From: Cladosporium halotolerans
Lineage: Eukaryota
Direction of reading: 5' to 3'
NCBI RefSeq assembly: GCF_011745625.1
Contig: NW_027191485.1
Location: 1-64,000 of the forward strand
DNA: 64,000 bases
In this document: positions 22,901-34,570 of the stretch, one piece after another
How positions within the stretch are numbered: position 1 is the stretch's first letter
Layout of the letters: the number at the start of each line of letters is the position of its first letter
The notes under the pieces: model-generated
Told to the model about the DNA's origin: nothing
The model's database searches: none
What the model saw: only the letters and a program-made list of their open reading frames with translations
Translations under genes and position numbers: made by a program

Positions 22901-23545
22901 ATCCCTATAGTGGTAGAATGCCTCCAACTCCTTCTTCTTGTACTTCTCCAGCTTCTTGCGTCTCTTCGCGGCCGTCTGAGCATCGCTTCCTTCTCTTTTG
23001 TGTTGCGGGCGACGACTGGGCGCAATTGGCTGTACCTCCTTCCGAGCGGGCTCTCTTCCACGAGGTTTGTGGTTCGACGGACCAGGAGGCTCTTTCCTAG
23101 CTTCAGACGCAGAAGCCGTGCGGTCGGTATCCTCGGCATCGGAGTGAAAGTCACCCATAGGGCTCCTCGCGCGGCGAATGGCGCTCAAATGCGTGAGATC
23201 GTAGTCCTCGGCGTCGCTGGAAGCCCACTCCTCGCTGCTCTCCTCCTCGCGCTCGAACACGCCCATCTCGACGTGCTTGTGCTCCACCTCATCCTGCAGC
23301 TCCGCCAGCTCGACCAGCTCCAGGTACCGCTCGCGCTGCTCCGGTCTGCTCAGCAGCAGCCAGGCCTCGTGGATGCGGTGGAAGTGGCCCGCGAGCGCGG
23401 CCTTGGCCTCGTCGGAGCCATAGTTGCGGTTCGGGTGGTACCTCCGGGCAAGCTGGTAGTACCTCGCCTTGATCTCGCGCGGCGAGCAGTGTCGTTCGAG
23501 TCCAAGCGCGAGGTACGGGTCCGGCGGAATCGTCCAAGTTTCCAT
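20000..23545 (-). CDS. DnaJ-like domain + HET (heterokaryon incompatibility) domain protein, 1181 aa
   Basis: N-terminal DPYLALGL...EIKARYYQLARRYHPNRN...FHRIHEAWLLLS..R..Y (J-domain). HET motifs FIALSY, LWVDQICIDQ..EK..S.M.LVY..A..V and SSWFRRAWCRHE at about 21840-21400. Confidence 0.88.
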   Translation of the reverse strand: METWTIPPDPYLALGLERHCSPREIKARYYQLARRYHPNRNYGSDEAKAALAGHFHRIHEAWLLLSRPEQRERYLELVELAELQDEVEHKHVEMGVFEREEESSEEWASSDAEDYDLTHLSAIRRARSPMGDFHSDAEDTDRTASASEARKEPPGPSNHKPRGREPARKEVQPIAPSRRPQHKREGSDAQTAAKRRKKLEKYKKKELEAFYHYRDAMLAKLGAEMEADRTRAQYETAKWKREKAESAPREASTRVRLAQQINRAVALFKSQANSRLPRRPTLNLHKHILGGVGDSPRDGDFLTVSSPTASRNLGSHWRGWSNDISGDQTSSDDEGSTHAAARKHRRTPSTISANRKVPDPGFLSHRAATAPSNVPQVNGHHEDDPNPKFQLLVKRPTGFESPVDPPAPESSDGSISPLSGSSRSPSPHAVGHSRDLVLFSQEHHDAVLAGEHAHKRAASLPGHLRHNSDPDLPQPRGTESMLIVKDIGMLRFKTTIPRDHVHKLELADEARLLKPSSDEDQHPEHLLQRLAQLDVDVAKRFMVKPDIKASFAFRLICSNRHFVRQAHPSFIALSYRRKHIVEKHPDYYTLPLEREMLQAVWEERISDHEGLWVDQICIDQDSDYEKTISMSAMDLVYRSARLVVVALDDLELKEHEGTVLRNHVLEYESLKHVAPNKRFRRHQPPYLDTHEDLLQVLQKILSSSWFRRAWCRHEMRLARDHVFLLPCRTVGSFKRTVLRLTSSCIAHLLALATEVPFDAKIELLKPALHAFFRDRTQPTSSGLDVSSHHGNFTTVVAEVFGMEAGGDPRLPASQREADARRDKVSIILNTMECGLALQHDLRSSRAGMSKEDCYYSLLLLALAARDPGALCSVGKPMHLPPPHTSHHTPSAISSWLFEPTNVDAGLNNYKTLDRLPPTLPLTTGLSHAAHYIQLDLHLLPSTNLHHAPSDPSLLTLATSFLATCEARKLGRHRKRYLLHDAQATASFGPMREVYAQTLACAFAAGPDWIAQVCARHGVSRFKLDLQPAVWLLVALRSTSSPEGSDWPKTDWADRAAGFLMDFANFLVIRGLPQRQLRAPEAWRPVVARTRGGGCVLTFRPPVVGGAGEIAAAVPSVLLDVDYVHLARLWMLVPRRGGGWTLWGKSVMFADDRGMAAVHCEGDEGQVVLRGERVFGRGGGEL

Positions 23546-25252
23546 CAGTCTGGATTCAAGCCAGACGGGGACGCGGGGGGGTTGTTCACGGCGAGGGTGC
23601 TACGCTGCTGCTGCTTACGAGGAGCCGCCGTGCAGAGACAAACAGCGGCAGCGACATTCTACGATCAGCAAGCAGTGAATGAAGAGCAGCGCCCGGCGCA
23701 GGCTATGTACAGCTGCTCTCGCATTGCATGCAGCCTTCCGGGCCCGCCGACGCCGTAACGGGGCCTGAGCTGGACGTCAACAGGACCCCCGGTCGACACG
23801 TGATGGGGCGTGCGATTTGGGGGGGAACATAGCCACAACGCTTTGCAGCGCTGCGGTAAATAGAACTCGCGCACGGGCGGCCGAGCGTGCAGCGTCGAGA
23901 ATGCGCTGCTCCGCCACTGAGGGCGGACGGGCGAGTGACGCACAAATGGCAAGGCGAGCAAGGCGTGTTGGGCGCGGTGCGGCTGAGAAGCTGTCGTGGC
24001 TGTCTCGTGGCAGCGCAGGCGGCGGAATGGGGGCCAAGGGGACCGCGGACGTCGATGCTTCGATCGTCGTCTTATTCCGGAATTATGCACGCGACGAGCC
24101 GTCATTCGCCGCCGTGCTCATTTCTCAGACGTTTCATGCGATTGAATACGCTCTTGTGGGCTCAGCTATATCCAGGTACATCGGTGCTGTACCTGTCCAG
24201 CTGAAGCTGGGGCTATCGAACGCTAGACGGTAGATCGCAGGCGAGAGTTCAATCGTACCATCCGGGGCTGGCGGGAGTCGACGGAGAGGTACCCGAGACA
24301 CAGGGCAAGTCAGGATATAGGTATCAGCTGTGCATTCCCTGCTACTTGAAGCAGGAGACGTCATTCAGAGCACTTTCGTCTACATGTAGCGATGATGTGT
24401 GTTTACTTGCCCAGCGCGATTGCTCGGGATAAACAAAGCCCTCGCTTCTTGCCCCACGGGTCCATGTGCTTCTTCTTAGCCAAAGTCACCCGCGCCTGTT
24501 AATAATGAGAGCTGCCCATGCATCCAACAAGCGATCGATGCCCCCTTTGCTGGTGAGTATGGACTCGACGAATCCAGCGGTATCGCAGAGACAGTCTACT
24601 CTGCCATGAACAGTCCGCTCTCAACGATCAAAGGGTTCTCGAGGAGAGTCAGAAGCTTTGGCCGATGGACAGCTTAGCGCCTCTCGCTTTGATAGGCATG
24701 CTGCTGACGAGATCCACCGCGCAAAAAGCACCCGGGGCGTGTCCAGCCATCACCGCCATCGACGGCCTTCCTCTCCCGCCGGCCACACTCCCCTCCACGC
24801 CATGGCCACAGCCGCGGCTCGCGCTGGCAAGGTGGCTTGCAAGAGGTCCTGGGCCTGCGTCCTGTCCGCCGTGCACCCAGCTGCACGCCCCGACGATAGA
24901 CCAATGGCCGGCTACCCGCATCTGCAGACGCGGGTGCACCGTAGCGTGCGCTTTAGACTCTGCGAGCTGACCGGCCTGGAACCGCACTGTGCGTCTCTGT
25001 GCGTGCGTGCGCCCATCTGGTCTGCGGAGTGCAGCAGGCCCTTGTACAGTAGTAGCACGATAGTGCCGACCGACATTTCGCGCCCCAGGCGCTTGGGGGA
25101 GTAGAAGGTAGATCTGCATGTCGGTTTCCTCCTTATGCGAGCTCTAGCATATTGCGCATTCAGACCTCACTCTTGTAGATGTATCAACTTGCCCCGGCGA
25201 GAGCAGTGCGCAACTCGCTATCGCCGCGCTGTCGCCAACCGCAGCCGGCGCG

Positions 25253-26715
25253 ATGACACCGCTCCGCAAGTTCACCATCTCCGACTCGGAGCTGGGCCAC
25301 AACAACTGGCGCTTCCCGCCACAGATCAAAGAGCGGCCGTTGCGGGACTTGGACGACGACGAGTTCCTCGTCAACCACAAGATCGACCGCAGCTACGACG
25401 ACAGCACCGTCCGCTTCAAGCTGCTGGTCGCCGACGCTCCGGCCGCGCGCAAAAATGCGGACGCCCCGCCACTGCCCATGGGCAAGGAGGTGCGCGATAT
25501 CGTGAAGAAGGAACGCTGGATCTCGGACGAGTACGAGCACCTCTGGAAACGAGACGGTGGCGGCTCGGCGGCCTTGACGTCTCACAATACCCTGACGTTC
25601 ATGCTGCAGACACCCCGGGACGGCGGGTCTTTTTGTTCATTGTCACTCGTGAGGGATGTCTTCCAATGCGGCGGCTTCTACTGCTCGGACGAGACCTTCT
25701 CGCTCAACGCCTTGCTGGCAGACGTCCCGTACGAAAACAAGCACCCAAAAGTGCCCCGCGACTTCGCCATCCTGCCCTTCAACATTCTTGTCCAGCACGT
25801 CGACGAGACCCTGCGGCAGGTGCAGACTCTCTCGCGCGACATCACCGCCACGGAGATCCGGCTCGCGGACGGCGATATCTCTCTCGAGGAGAACGGCGAC
25901 TACAAGCTGCTGAACCGGTTCAACATCGAGCACCTGCGGCTGCAGCGGCGCTCGAACTTTGAGACAGAGCTCGGCAGTAATCTCAAAAAGTACTTCGAAG
26001 AGTACTACCGGATATGGACGACGCTGTGGGAGGGCGGCACGAGCTATATAGAGGACATGCAGGAGAAGGTCGACCAGCAGATGCGGTATGCCGAGCAGGT
26101 GCGCGTGGATCTGGAGATTATTCCTAGGAGGATCAAGAATCAGTCCAAAACGGTAAAGTCGTCCCGATACTGTCGGAAGGGATGTCCATACTGACAAGCG
26201 CAGATCACGAACTTCATCATCCAGCGCGACAACAGGCTCAACATCGAGATCGCGCAGAGCTCGCGCAAGATCGCCGAGGAGTCCCGGCGCGACAACCTGC
26301 TCAACATCGAGCTCGCTAAGGCCACCGCGCAGGTCGCCGAGGAGACCCGCCAGGACAGCGCCGCCATGAAGACCATCGCCGTCCTGACCCTCACTTTCCT
26401 TCCAGGCACCGCCATAGCCGTACGTTCCTTTCCCATCCCTCTCTACAATCTCTGCTGACAGTCACGTTGCAGTCCTTCTTCAGCATGAACGACGCCTTCA
26501 CCTTCAACCCGGCCCCGGGCGATCCGATCGCGTCGCCGAACCTGTGGATCTTCTTTGCCGTCACCGTGCCCGTTACGGTCGCGGTGTACGGCTTGTGGGT
26601 ATGGTGGCACAAGTTCTCGCAGGAGCGGTATAAGGTAAGGCACGAGCAGGGCTTGAAGGACGTCGAGAAGGAGCTGAAGTTGAGGGTGAGGAGCGCGACG
26701 ACTATGACTTGGTGA
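25253..26715 (+). CDS. Fungal CorA-like (Mg2+ transporter TM region) 2-TM protein, ~452 aa; introns 26153-26203 and 26420-26472
   Basis: Spliced C-terminus RQDSAAMKTIAVLTLTFLPGTAIASFFSMN...LWIFFAVTVPVTVAVYGLWVWW, the typical fungal CorA-like signature; canonical splice sites. Start codon uncertain. Confidence 0.82.
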
Positions 26716-27460
26716 AAATGAGAAGTGTGGTGTAGACGGTGGAATGCCGGGCTTGGGGGTTGGATAGATTATGACCTTGAACATACGAAGCATTCGCGAG
26801 TTCTGATTAGGAATATATGGAAAGCACATGCAATCCCTCGTTGTGCTGCCACCACGGGATGGGATGTTTGCGTTTCGCGGAACTTGAGGAATGCGCCCTT
26901 CATGCCATCAGCAGCCCTGTGTACGTGAACATTTTACCAGATTACGGACAGACCTCCCGCCCATTGGGACCACAAGCCGTGAAGCGCGGAATTCCATCAT
27001 CGTGCCTACAAACCCCAGCATTGCCCTAAAAGCCCACACTCTGTAGTCACATCGCGGAACCAACCCCACGCAAATGGGCAAGGCAGTCTGGGGCGGATGT
27101 CAAGAAAAGCTTCGGTATGGAGGCCGGCAAGGCTATATCCAGCACCGATTCTCGGTCGAAGGCGCGGGAAGCAGCGCGGGTGTTGAACTGCGGGGCAGCG
27201 ATGCGGAGGTGCAACGCTTGAAGGCGGCCCATCGACGGCCTTGGGAGCAACGCCTGGTGGGGTGCACACGAACGGGATGCCCTCTCGGCCTGTCTGCCCT
27301 AACCGAAGTTCGCGCGCGCGAATGGCATAAAATACATTACTCCGCCGCGCGAGCAACACCACCTCACTTCTCTGCCAAGGTATATCTATTGTCGAGGAAT
27401 AATCGCGGGCACTCAGCAAAGGCGGTGACCTTCCACTCCCAGTCCGAGACAGCCGGCGGC

Positions 27461-29146
27461 ATGTTCTTGTCCTTGATCTTCACGCCCTGGGCCCTCCTGG
27501 CCCTTCCGGTGCTCTTCTGGCTCCTCCCGTATCTGCGCAATTGGTCTATTCAGGATGTTCCCGGACCTTTCCTGGCCAAGTTCTCCAACCTCTGGTATCT
27601 GTACGAGTGCCGTCTCTGCCGCCGCTACTTGACCGTCCACAAGGCCCATGAGCAGTATGGCAAGCTTGTGAGGGTGACGCCGAATCAGGTCTCAATCGCC
27701 GACCCGGATGCTATCCCTATCATCTATGGCCATGGAACTGGTTTCCTGAAATCGTATGTTAGCCCTCCCAATATCTCTCAACACGCAGACTGACCGCAGA
27801 CCAGCGAGTACTATGATGCGTTTGTCTCCATCCAGCGTGGTCTCTTCAACACGAGAGATCGCGCAGAGCACACTCGCAAGCGCAAGACCATCTCGCACAC
27901 CTTCAGTGCGAAGAGCATTGGTCAGTTCGAGCAGTACATCCACCACAACCTGGAGATGCTGGCTTCTCAATGGGACAAGCTGAGCAAGCAGGCCAACGGC
28001 GGCTTCTACCGGATGGACAGCTTGCACTGGTTCAACTACGTTGCTTTCGATATCATCGGTGATCTGGCCTTCGGCGCTCCTTTCGGCATGCTGGAGAACG
28101 GCAAGGACATCGCCGAAGTCAGGGCCACCCCGGATTCACCTCCCACCTACGCACCCGCCATCGAAGTCCTCAACCGCAGAGGCGAGGTCTCCAACGCCAT
28201 CGGCATCATTCCCTGGATCAAGCCCTACGCCAAGTACCTCCCGGACCCCTTCTTCACCAAGGGCGTCGCTGCCGTCCAGAACCTCGCCGGCATCGCCATC
28301 GCCCGCGTCAACCAGCGCCTCGAAGCCGCTGAGCGCGGCGAGATCAACCGCGTCGACCTCCTCGCCCGCCTCATGGAAGGCAAAGACGAGAACGGCAACA
28401 AGCTCGGCCGCGCCGAGCTCACGGCCGAGGCCCTCACGCAGCTCATCGCCGGCTCCGACACCACCTCCAACACCTCCTGCGCCCTGCTCTTCCACATGCT
28501 CCAGCACCCGGCCTGCGTCAAGAAACTCCAGGCCGAGCTCGACGAGGCCCTGCCTTCCGACGACGTCCCGAGCTACGAGCAGGTCAAGAACCTCCCCTAC
28601 CTCGACATGGTCATCCAGGAGACCCTCCGCATCCACAGCACCTCCAGCCAAGGCCTGCCTCGCACTGTCCCTCCCGGCCCGGGCGTTGACATCACCGGCC
28701 ACCATTTCCCGCAGGGCACCGTGCTCAGCGTCCCGGCATACACCATGCACCACAGCAAGGAGATCTGGGGCAAGGACGCGGACGAGTTCCGGCCGGAGCG
28801 CTGGGAGAAGGTCACTGAGAGGTACGCAAAGCATCCATCTATCGAAAGAAGTAACACCTCGCTAACACTCGTCACAGACAAAAGGGCGCCTTCATCCCCT
28901 TCTCCTACGGCCCGCGCTCCTGCGTCGGCCGCAACGTCGCCGAGGTATGGAACTCCCTCATCTTTACCTTCCCAAAAGTCCAACGAACTAACTTGCCACG
29001 ACCAGATGGAGCTCTCCCTCATCGTCTCGACCGTCTTCCGCCGCTACGAGTTCGAGCCGTACCAGAAGGTGCTCGAGACGCGCGAGGGCTTCCTGCGCAA
29101 GCCGCTGGGTTTCGATGTGGGGATGCGGAGGAGGAGGCAGGGTTGA
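27461..29146 (+). CDS. bphA: Cytochrome P450 CYP53, benzoate 4-monooxygenase; introns 27754-27804, 28822-28877, 28945-29005
   Basis: LTAEALTQLIAGSDTTSNT (I-helix), ETLR, FRPERW, FIPFSYGPRSCVGRNVAEME (heme Cys), TREGFLRKP. Spliced length 505 aa. Confidence 0.93.
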
Positions 29147-29479
29147 GCGAAGGAGAAGGGGGACGAGTCTTTGTCGTCAGACATTTTGTGCAGAGAAAAA
29201 TCTCGTGATGATGTTTGCAAGCTATGGAAAATTCCGGATCTGGGGGTGTTTGTGTGTATTGTTTGTCGCGACGTCAACTCTTTGCCTTGCTTCGAAGTGA
29301 ATCAGACGAAGTAATGTGAGGTCTGCAAAAATGTAAATATGATTGTGATGAGTATCAAAGCCTTGCCTGCTCACAAAAGAGCTCGTCCCCAGATGGTACC
29401 TTCACACGACCACTAAAAATACCACGACATCAACGTCCAAGCTCCCCCACCCTTCCCCCTCCCCCAAGACTCCCCAACC

Positions 29480-32146
29480 CTACTCCCTCATCCTATAAAC
29501 CCTCCACCCGGCCCCCTCCAAGATCCCCGGCACGCATTCCACCATCACCGTATCGACATCCTTCCACTCCTGCGTCAGATCCCGCCAGGGCACCAGGAAC
29601 GGCGTCGTGCGCTGCTTGCCGTTCCGCGGCCCCATGCGCCACTGCCTCTGCAGCCGCTCCGCGTTGAACCGCTCGTGCTCCATCTCGCTCAGCATCAGCA
29701 GGTCCTGCTCGCCGAACGCCCTGACCAGTTCCAGCGGCTCGCCGCGCGGCTCCGCGCCCACCCCGTCGTTCAGCATGAAGCAGCCCGTCGCGCGCAACTT
29801 GCGCGGGATGTCGTCGGCTTGCGCGCGGGTGCTTTCTTTCAATTCGCCGGACAGGTCCTCCCAGTCGCAGTAGCTGCGGTCGGCGCGCAGGGCGGCGCGC
29901 GCGGGCTCGTCGTGCGCCATGCGCTCGCGCTGGCGCTTGTAGGTTTCGAAGAGGCCGTGGGCGAGGCGCTCGCGGAGGGCGGGCGGGAGCTTGGGGCTGC
30001 GCAGGAAGGACATGAAGACGCGGCCGTCGACGTGGAGTTGGATCTGCTCTTCGGGGGGCAGGGCGGAGATGGCGAATTTGGTGCGGGCGGAGAGGCGGCT
30101 GGTGCTGATGATTTTGGCGAGGGAGCGCAGGCCTTGCTTGAAGCGGGGGGTGAGGAGGAGGGCGTGCAGGACGGCGTCGTCGAAGTTGAGGGTGTTGTTG
30201 ACGAGCATGTGCGGGTGGGTGCGCGTGATTATGTGGCGGAGCATGAGGGCGCGGCGGATGTGGAACATGCGGTCCTCTTTGCCGGTGCTGTTGGGGCCGA
30301 GGATGTTGATGACGCCGTGGAGGGAGTCGAGGAGGGGAGATTCGTCCGCGCCGTACATCTTGTTCCATTCTGCTGCTGAGGGGGTGGTGGGCCTTCGGCG
30401 GAGGGCGAATTCGGTTGCTACGGGTGTGGGAGCGGAGTCGGAGTCTGTGATTTCTTGATCCATTGAGAAGAACAGGACGGCGTGGCCAAGGTTTCTTTCA
30501 TTGCCTGCGTCGATGAAAGTGCCGCTGGCGACGAGAGTCATGAACGCGTTGAGCATGGGGTTTTCTGGTTCCAAGACCGCGCCGAAGTTCTCGAATATCA
30601 CCATTGGCAGACTTCCAGTCGCGGCGGCGTCTCGGATAGCGTGGCAAGCAGCCAGGAATTGCTCTTCCTTCGTTGATCGCCCATCGAATGTGAATTTGGT
30701 GTAATCGCGGTCTCTCCCAATGTGATCCGCTAGGTTAGTTGCTGTGAATGTCTTTCCGGACCCCACGGGTCCAAATACGCCGATGCATGTGGGTGTAGTA
30801 GCGTTGGATGCTATGCGCTCCTCTATAATGTCGATGACAGCCTCAAGACGTTCCTGCTCTGCTCGCTCCACGCTGACAAGGTCGCCGAATCTCCGCACGG
30901 GACATCTTGAGAGCGCTTTCTCTGATCCGAGAGTAATGACCTGCCTTGCGAGTTCGGCTGGGTCTCCTGTGAGGCTCTCGAATAATGACCACTTCTCTCC
31001 AATGCTGATTTTGCTGGAAGGTATGCTTGCCGTTGTTAGTGCTGTGTCTGCTTTCAGATTCGACATGACCTCTGTTATAGGGTAGTCTGGTGTTTGATCG
31101 ATTTTGTTCTGAGTAAAGCCAAGGTCGGCGAGGCCGCGAGCGGCAGAAATGCCTAGCCGGATGCCCCTGTCGACGTTTGGGTTGACGGCGTCAGCAAACC
31201 CAAGCGCAAATGCAGCGGTAAATGCTGATGCCAAACCAAGCTATATCACCGTCAGCCAACACATCGACGGACACTGATTGCCTGCCTTGATACTTACCAT
31301 TTGCGGCGCGCTAGTGGCCGTGTCGCATTCCATCTTCCTCGGATGGAAGTAGAGCCTCGGGTTCACAGCGTCTCGTCCACGGTGATGAATAACCCCCTCG
31401 TTGCCGAACCTCACAATCAAATTAGGACACGTGACCAGCGTGTCAAGCCGTCCGTTTGACCCAAGATTTCGCACGAAGTCCTCCGAAGTTGTTTCCCAGG
31501 ACAAAGACCGACTCAAATTAATACCTTCGGCACGAAGGTCGTCGGCGTCGACTATGACGACCAGGTGGTCCAGCTCAGGGATTCCACCGCTCGTCAGAGG
31601 ACCGTTCCGAATCACGTCCCAGAGTTTGCCGGTGGCGAGAGGCCTTGTCATGTGGTGGACGATATATCGAGGGCGCACGCGCTGGAGCAGGTCGACGGCC
31701 GACTCGACGTCGTGCAAGTCGCTGCCTGAGCCGGAGATGACTGCAGCAATCGGAGCCGTGACCTCAGCCTGGTCGATCAAAGGTGCTTGCCAGGAAGAGG
31801 TCTGTCCGATATGGCGGAGGCGGACAACGTGGAGGCCTGGCGGGGATCCAGGCAGCGAGGGCGCACTTGCTTCCAAGTCGACCAGCGTGGACGCATTGCT
31901 TTTCAAAGAGTTGCTCGTACCGTTCGACTGCGCCACAGGGCCGAGGACTTCGAGGCCGTGGTCGGCAGCCCCGGCGGTGAGCAGGTTGGCGACGAGCTCA
32001 GCACCGCCGCTGCGCACGACTATGCTGGCGGCGTCATCGTGCTCGAGGCCACCGCGCTTCGCCCTCTGCGGGTGTTGGGCGTGCATTTGATAGACCAGGT
32101 AATCGTACGAGACGGCGCCGGCGACGAGAATAGTGGGAGAAGTCAT
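29480..32146 (-). CDS. PfkB/ribokinase-like + P-loop NTPase + tandem RyR-domain protein, 869 aa; intron 31241-31297
   Basis: N-terminal ILVAGAVSYDYL...GGAELVANLL...IVRFGNEG...GLASAFTAA (ribokinase-like); Walker A GPVGSGKT; C-terminal LSEMEHERFNAERLQRQWRMGPRNGKQRTTPFLVPWRDLTQEWKDVD..V..L...GW (RyR repeat), preceded by a second repeat (CDWEDLSGELKESTRAQADDIPRKL). The GTAAGT...TAG intron joins the two ORFs in frame. Confidence 0.85.
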
Positions 32147-32777
32147 GGGCGACGATGCCGGAGGTGCAAGGGGCGTAGATACTGAGCGCGTGACGCCGCG
32201 CTATGTCTCATGTCGCGTGGGCGCTTGCCCGGTTGGCTGTGGCTTGTCAAGGAAGCATTTTTGGCTCGAGGGAATAACGCTTTACAGAGGCATATGGCGG
32301 GCCAGAAGCACGGATGGACGGTGGGCGAGGCAGGGTCTCATTAGAATTAGGGGACGCCGGGGAGTAGTTTGACGAGGCGCAGCCCCCCCTAAGCCACAAT
32401 GCAGTCAGTTAGCCTCCCTCACCTGCCTGCTCCGCCGCGCTCTGGACAGCGCACTGGCTCCAGCGCACCGCACCGCCTGTTGGCCCGACGCGCCATGCTG
32501 CCGATACGCCACGATGCAACATGGACAAAAGCACCAACGTGTCACAGCAATAAGCGCACACTCAGATTGGCGCTTTCTGCATGCGCTTCGTGGCACTGCA
32601 GGCGCCCGCGGGAACGAAGCACCAGAGCCGCCGGGAACCCGGCACGTGGACATGTACGCAACAAAGGCGAGCAACGAATAAAAGATCTATCATTTTCTTT
32701 GCATCTCGAACCGTAGCTGCTAACCGACTAATCCTGCGGCGAGCTGTTCAACACCGTGATCATGCATCGTGTCTACC

Positions 32778-34570
32778 TTACTCATCATGCTCGTCGATAC
32801 CGCCCATCTCACCGGCGTCCTCGTCCTCCTCGAACGTGTCCGCAGGGACCTGGTACAGGCGGATGGTGGGCTTGTTGGGGTCCTTGACGAGCACGTACTT
32901 GCCGTCGTCCTCGCGCATGACCATGTCGACAAAGGTGCGCACGATGGCCCAGCCGTTGTTGAGGTTGAGGTTCATCTGGCTGGCAAACTCGCGCGGCTTG
33001 TAGCCGAGCACGCCGAGAACGACGTGGTCGGAGTTGCTCTTGGGGTTGGTACGGGAGACGAAACTGCATGCATGTTAGAAATCGGCCATTGTCTGGATCA
33101 TACTTTCGTGACTTACCCAAGCTTCATGAGGTCGGCGCCGGCCAGGATGGCCTGCGTGGTCCAGCGAGCGAGCTTGCAGCTGTTGTTCTTCATCTCGGTG
33201 GCAACGACAGCACCACGCTGGGAAGCCAGCTTGGTCCTCCAGTCCAGGGCACCGCCAGATCCCTGTGCCTTGTTGTCGAACTCGTTGAGCGCCTTGATGA
33301 CAAGGAACTGGTCCTCGCCGCTGATGCTGTTCTTCACAACGGCGTCCAGCTCGGTACGCACAACGAGGTGAAGAGACTCCTCGTCCGAGCCGAGGGAAAG
33401 ATCGAAGCGGCGGTACTTGTAGGCCTTGGAGGCAGGGGGGTCGGTCTCCTCGGCGGCGTTGTAGAAGGGGTGCTCGTTGGTCATGTCGACCTTGTTGCTC
33501 TCGGACTCCTGAACGACCTGCGTGGGGAAGACGGTGTTGATGTGGGTGGCCTCCTCCTTGAGAGCGCCGGGAGCGTTGATCTGGTCCTTGTTGCCCTCGC
33601 TGATCTCGAGCGGCGCGTCGGCGGCGTTCTCGTTCACGGTGACCATGTCCAGGCTGCTGCCCTCGCGCTTGTCAATGAAGATCTTGTTGCCCTGCTTCAC
33701 CATCACGAGGTCCCAAGAGTAGACACTGCGGGGAGAGCACATGAGCATGGAGAGAATGTTGTCGGTAGCGAAAACGGTGGCCTCGTTCCTCTCGGCGAGC
33801 TCCTGGATAACCGGGTCGTGGGAAGTGGTAACATTGTATGCCGCACGGTCTTCAACGCCCAGCTTCTTAATGCTTGTAGGGGCGCCAGGCTGCTTGTCGT
33901 AGGAGCGGTCGTAGTAGTAAAGGAAACCGTGGTCTTCGATGTCCTCACCATCACCAGTGTCGAGGTTGAGCTTGAGGAGACGGCTGAAGTCGATCTCCTC
34001 GAGCACGCGCCAAGAGTCCTTGGGCTGGACGGAAGCCTCGCGGTTGCGCTGAGGCTTGTCCCAGTCTTTCCAGCCGAACCTCCTGCCACCACGTCCACCG
34101 CCACGGCCGCCGCGAGAGTCGTAACCCTGCTGTCCGCCGCGTGCGCCACCAACGCGCTGGAAGGTGCCGCCCCTGCCGCCACGGCCAACCTGGCCTCCGC
34201 GCTGTCCCCTACCACGGAAGACAGCGCTTCCTCTGCCGCCAAATCCTCTGCCGCGAGTCGATGTCTGGGAACGGTCGACGAGAGAGAAGCTGCCCTCCTC
34301 GTTCTGGCCCTCGATGTTGAAAACGGTCTGGAGGCCGCCGGCGCCGTAGATCTGGTCGCGGTACCTCTGCTGGTATTGTTGCCTACCGCCGCGCGCGCTG
34401 TCCTTGCCCTCGGAAGTCCAGTCGGCCATGCGACCTAGCTTGTCGCCCTTGGAAAACGGCGCATACGGAACGCCATCGAGAGTGGTCTCGCTGGTGGTCG
34501 GGGGACCCCAAGCCGAGTCGGTCGACGGGAGCGAGTTGACCAAGTCGCGGAGCGATTCGAAGGCGGCCAT
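32778..34570 (-). CDS. eIF3d: Eukaryotic translation initiation factor 3 subunit D; intron 33064-33116
   Basis: [21 protein letters not shown]-rich segment, [51 protein letters not shown]. Confidence 0.96.
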
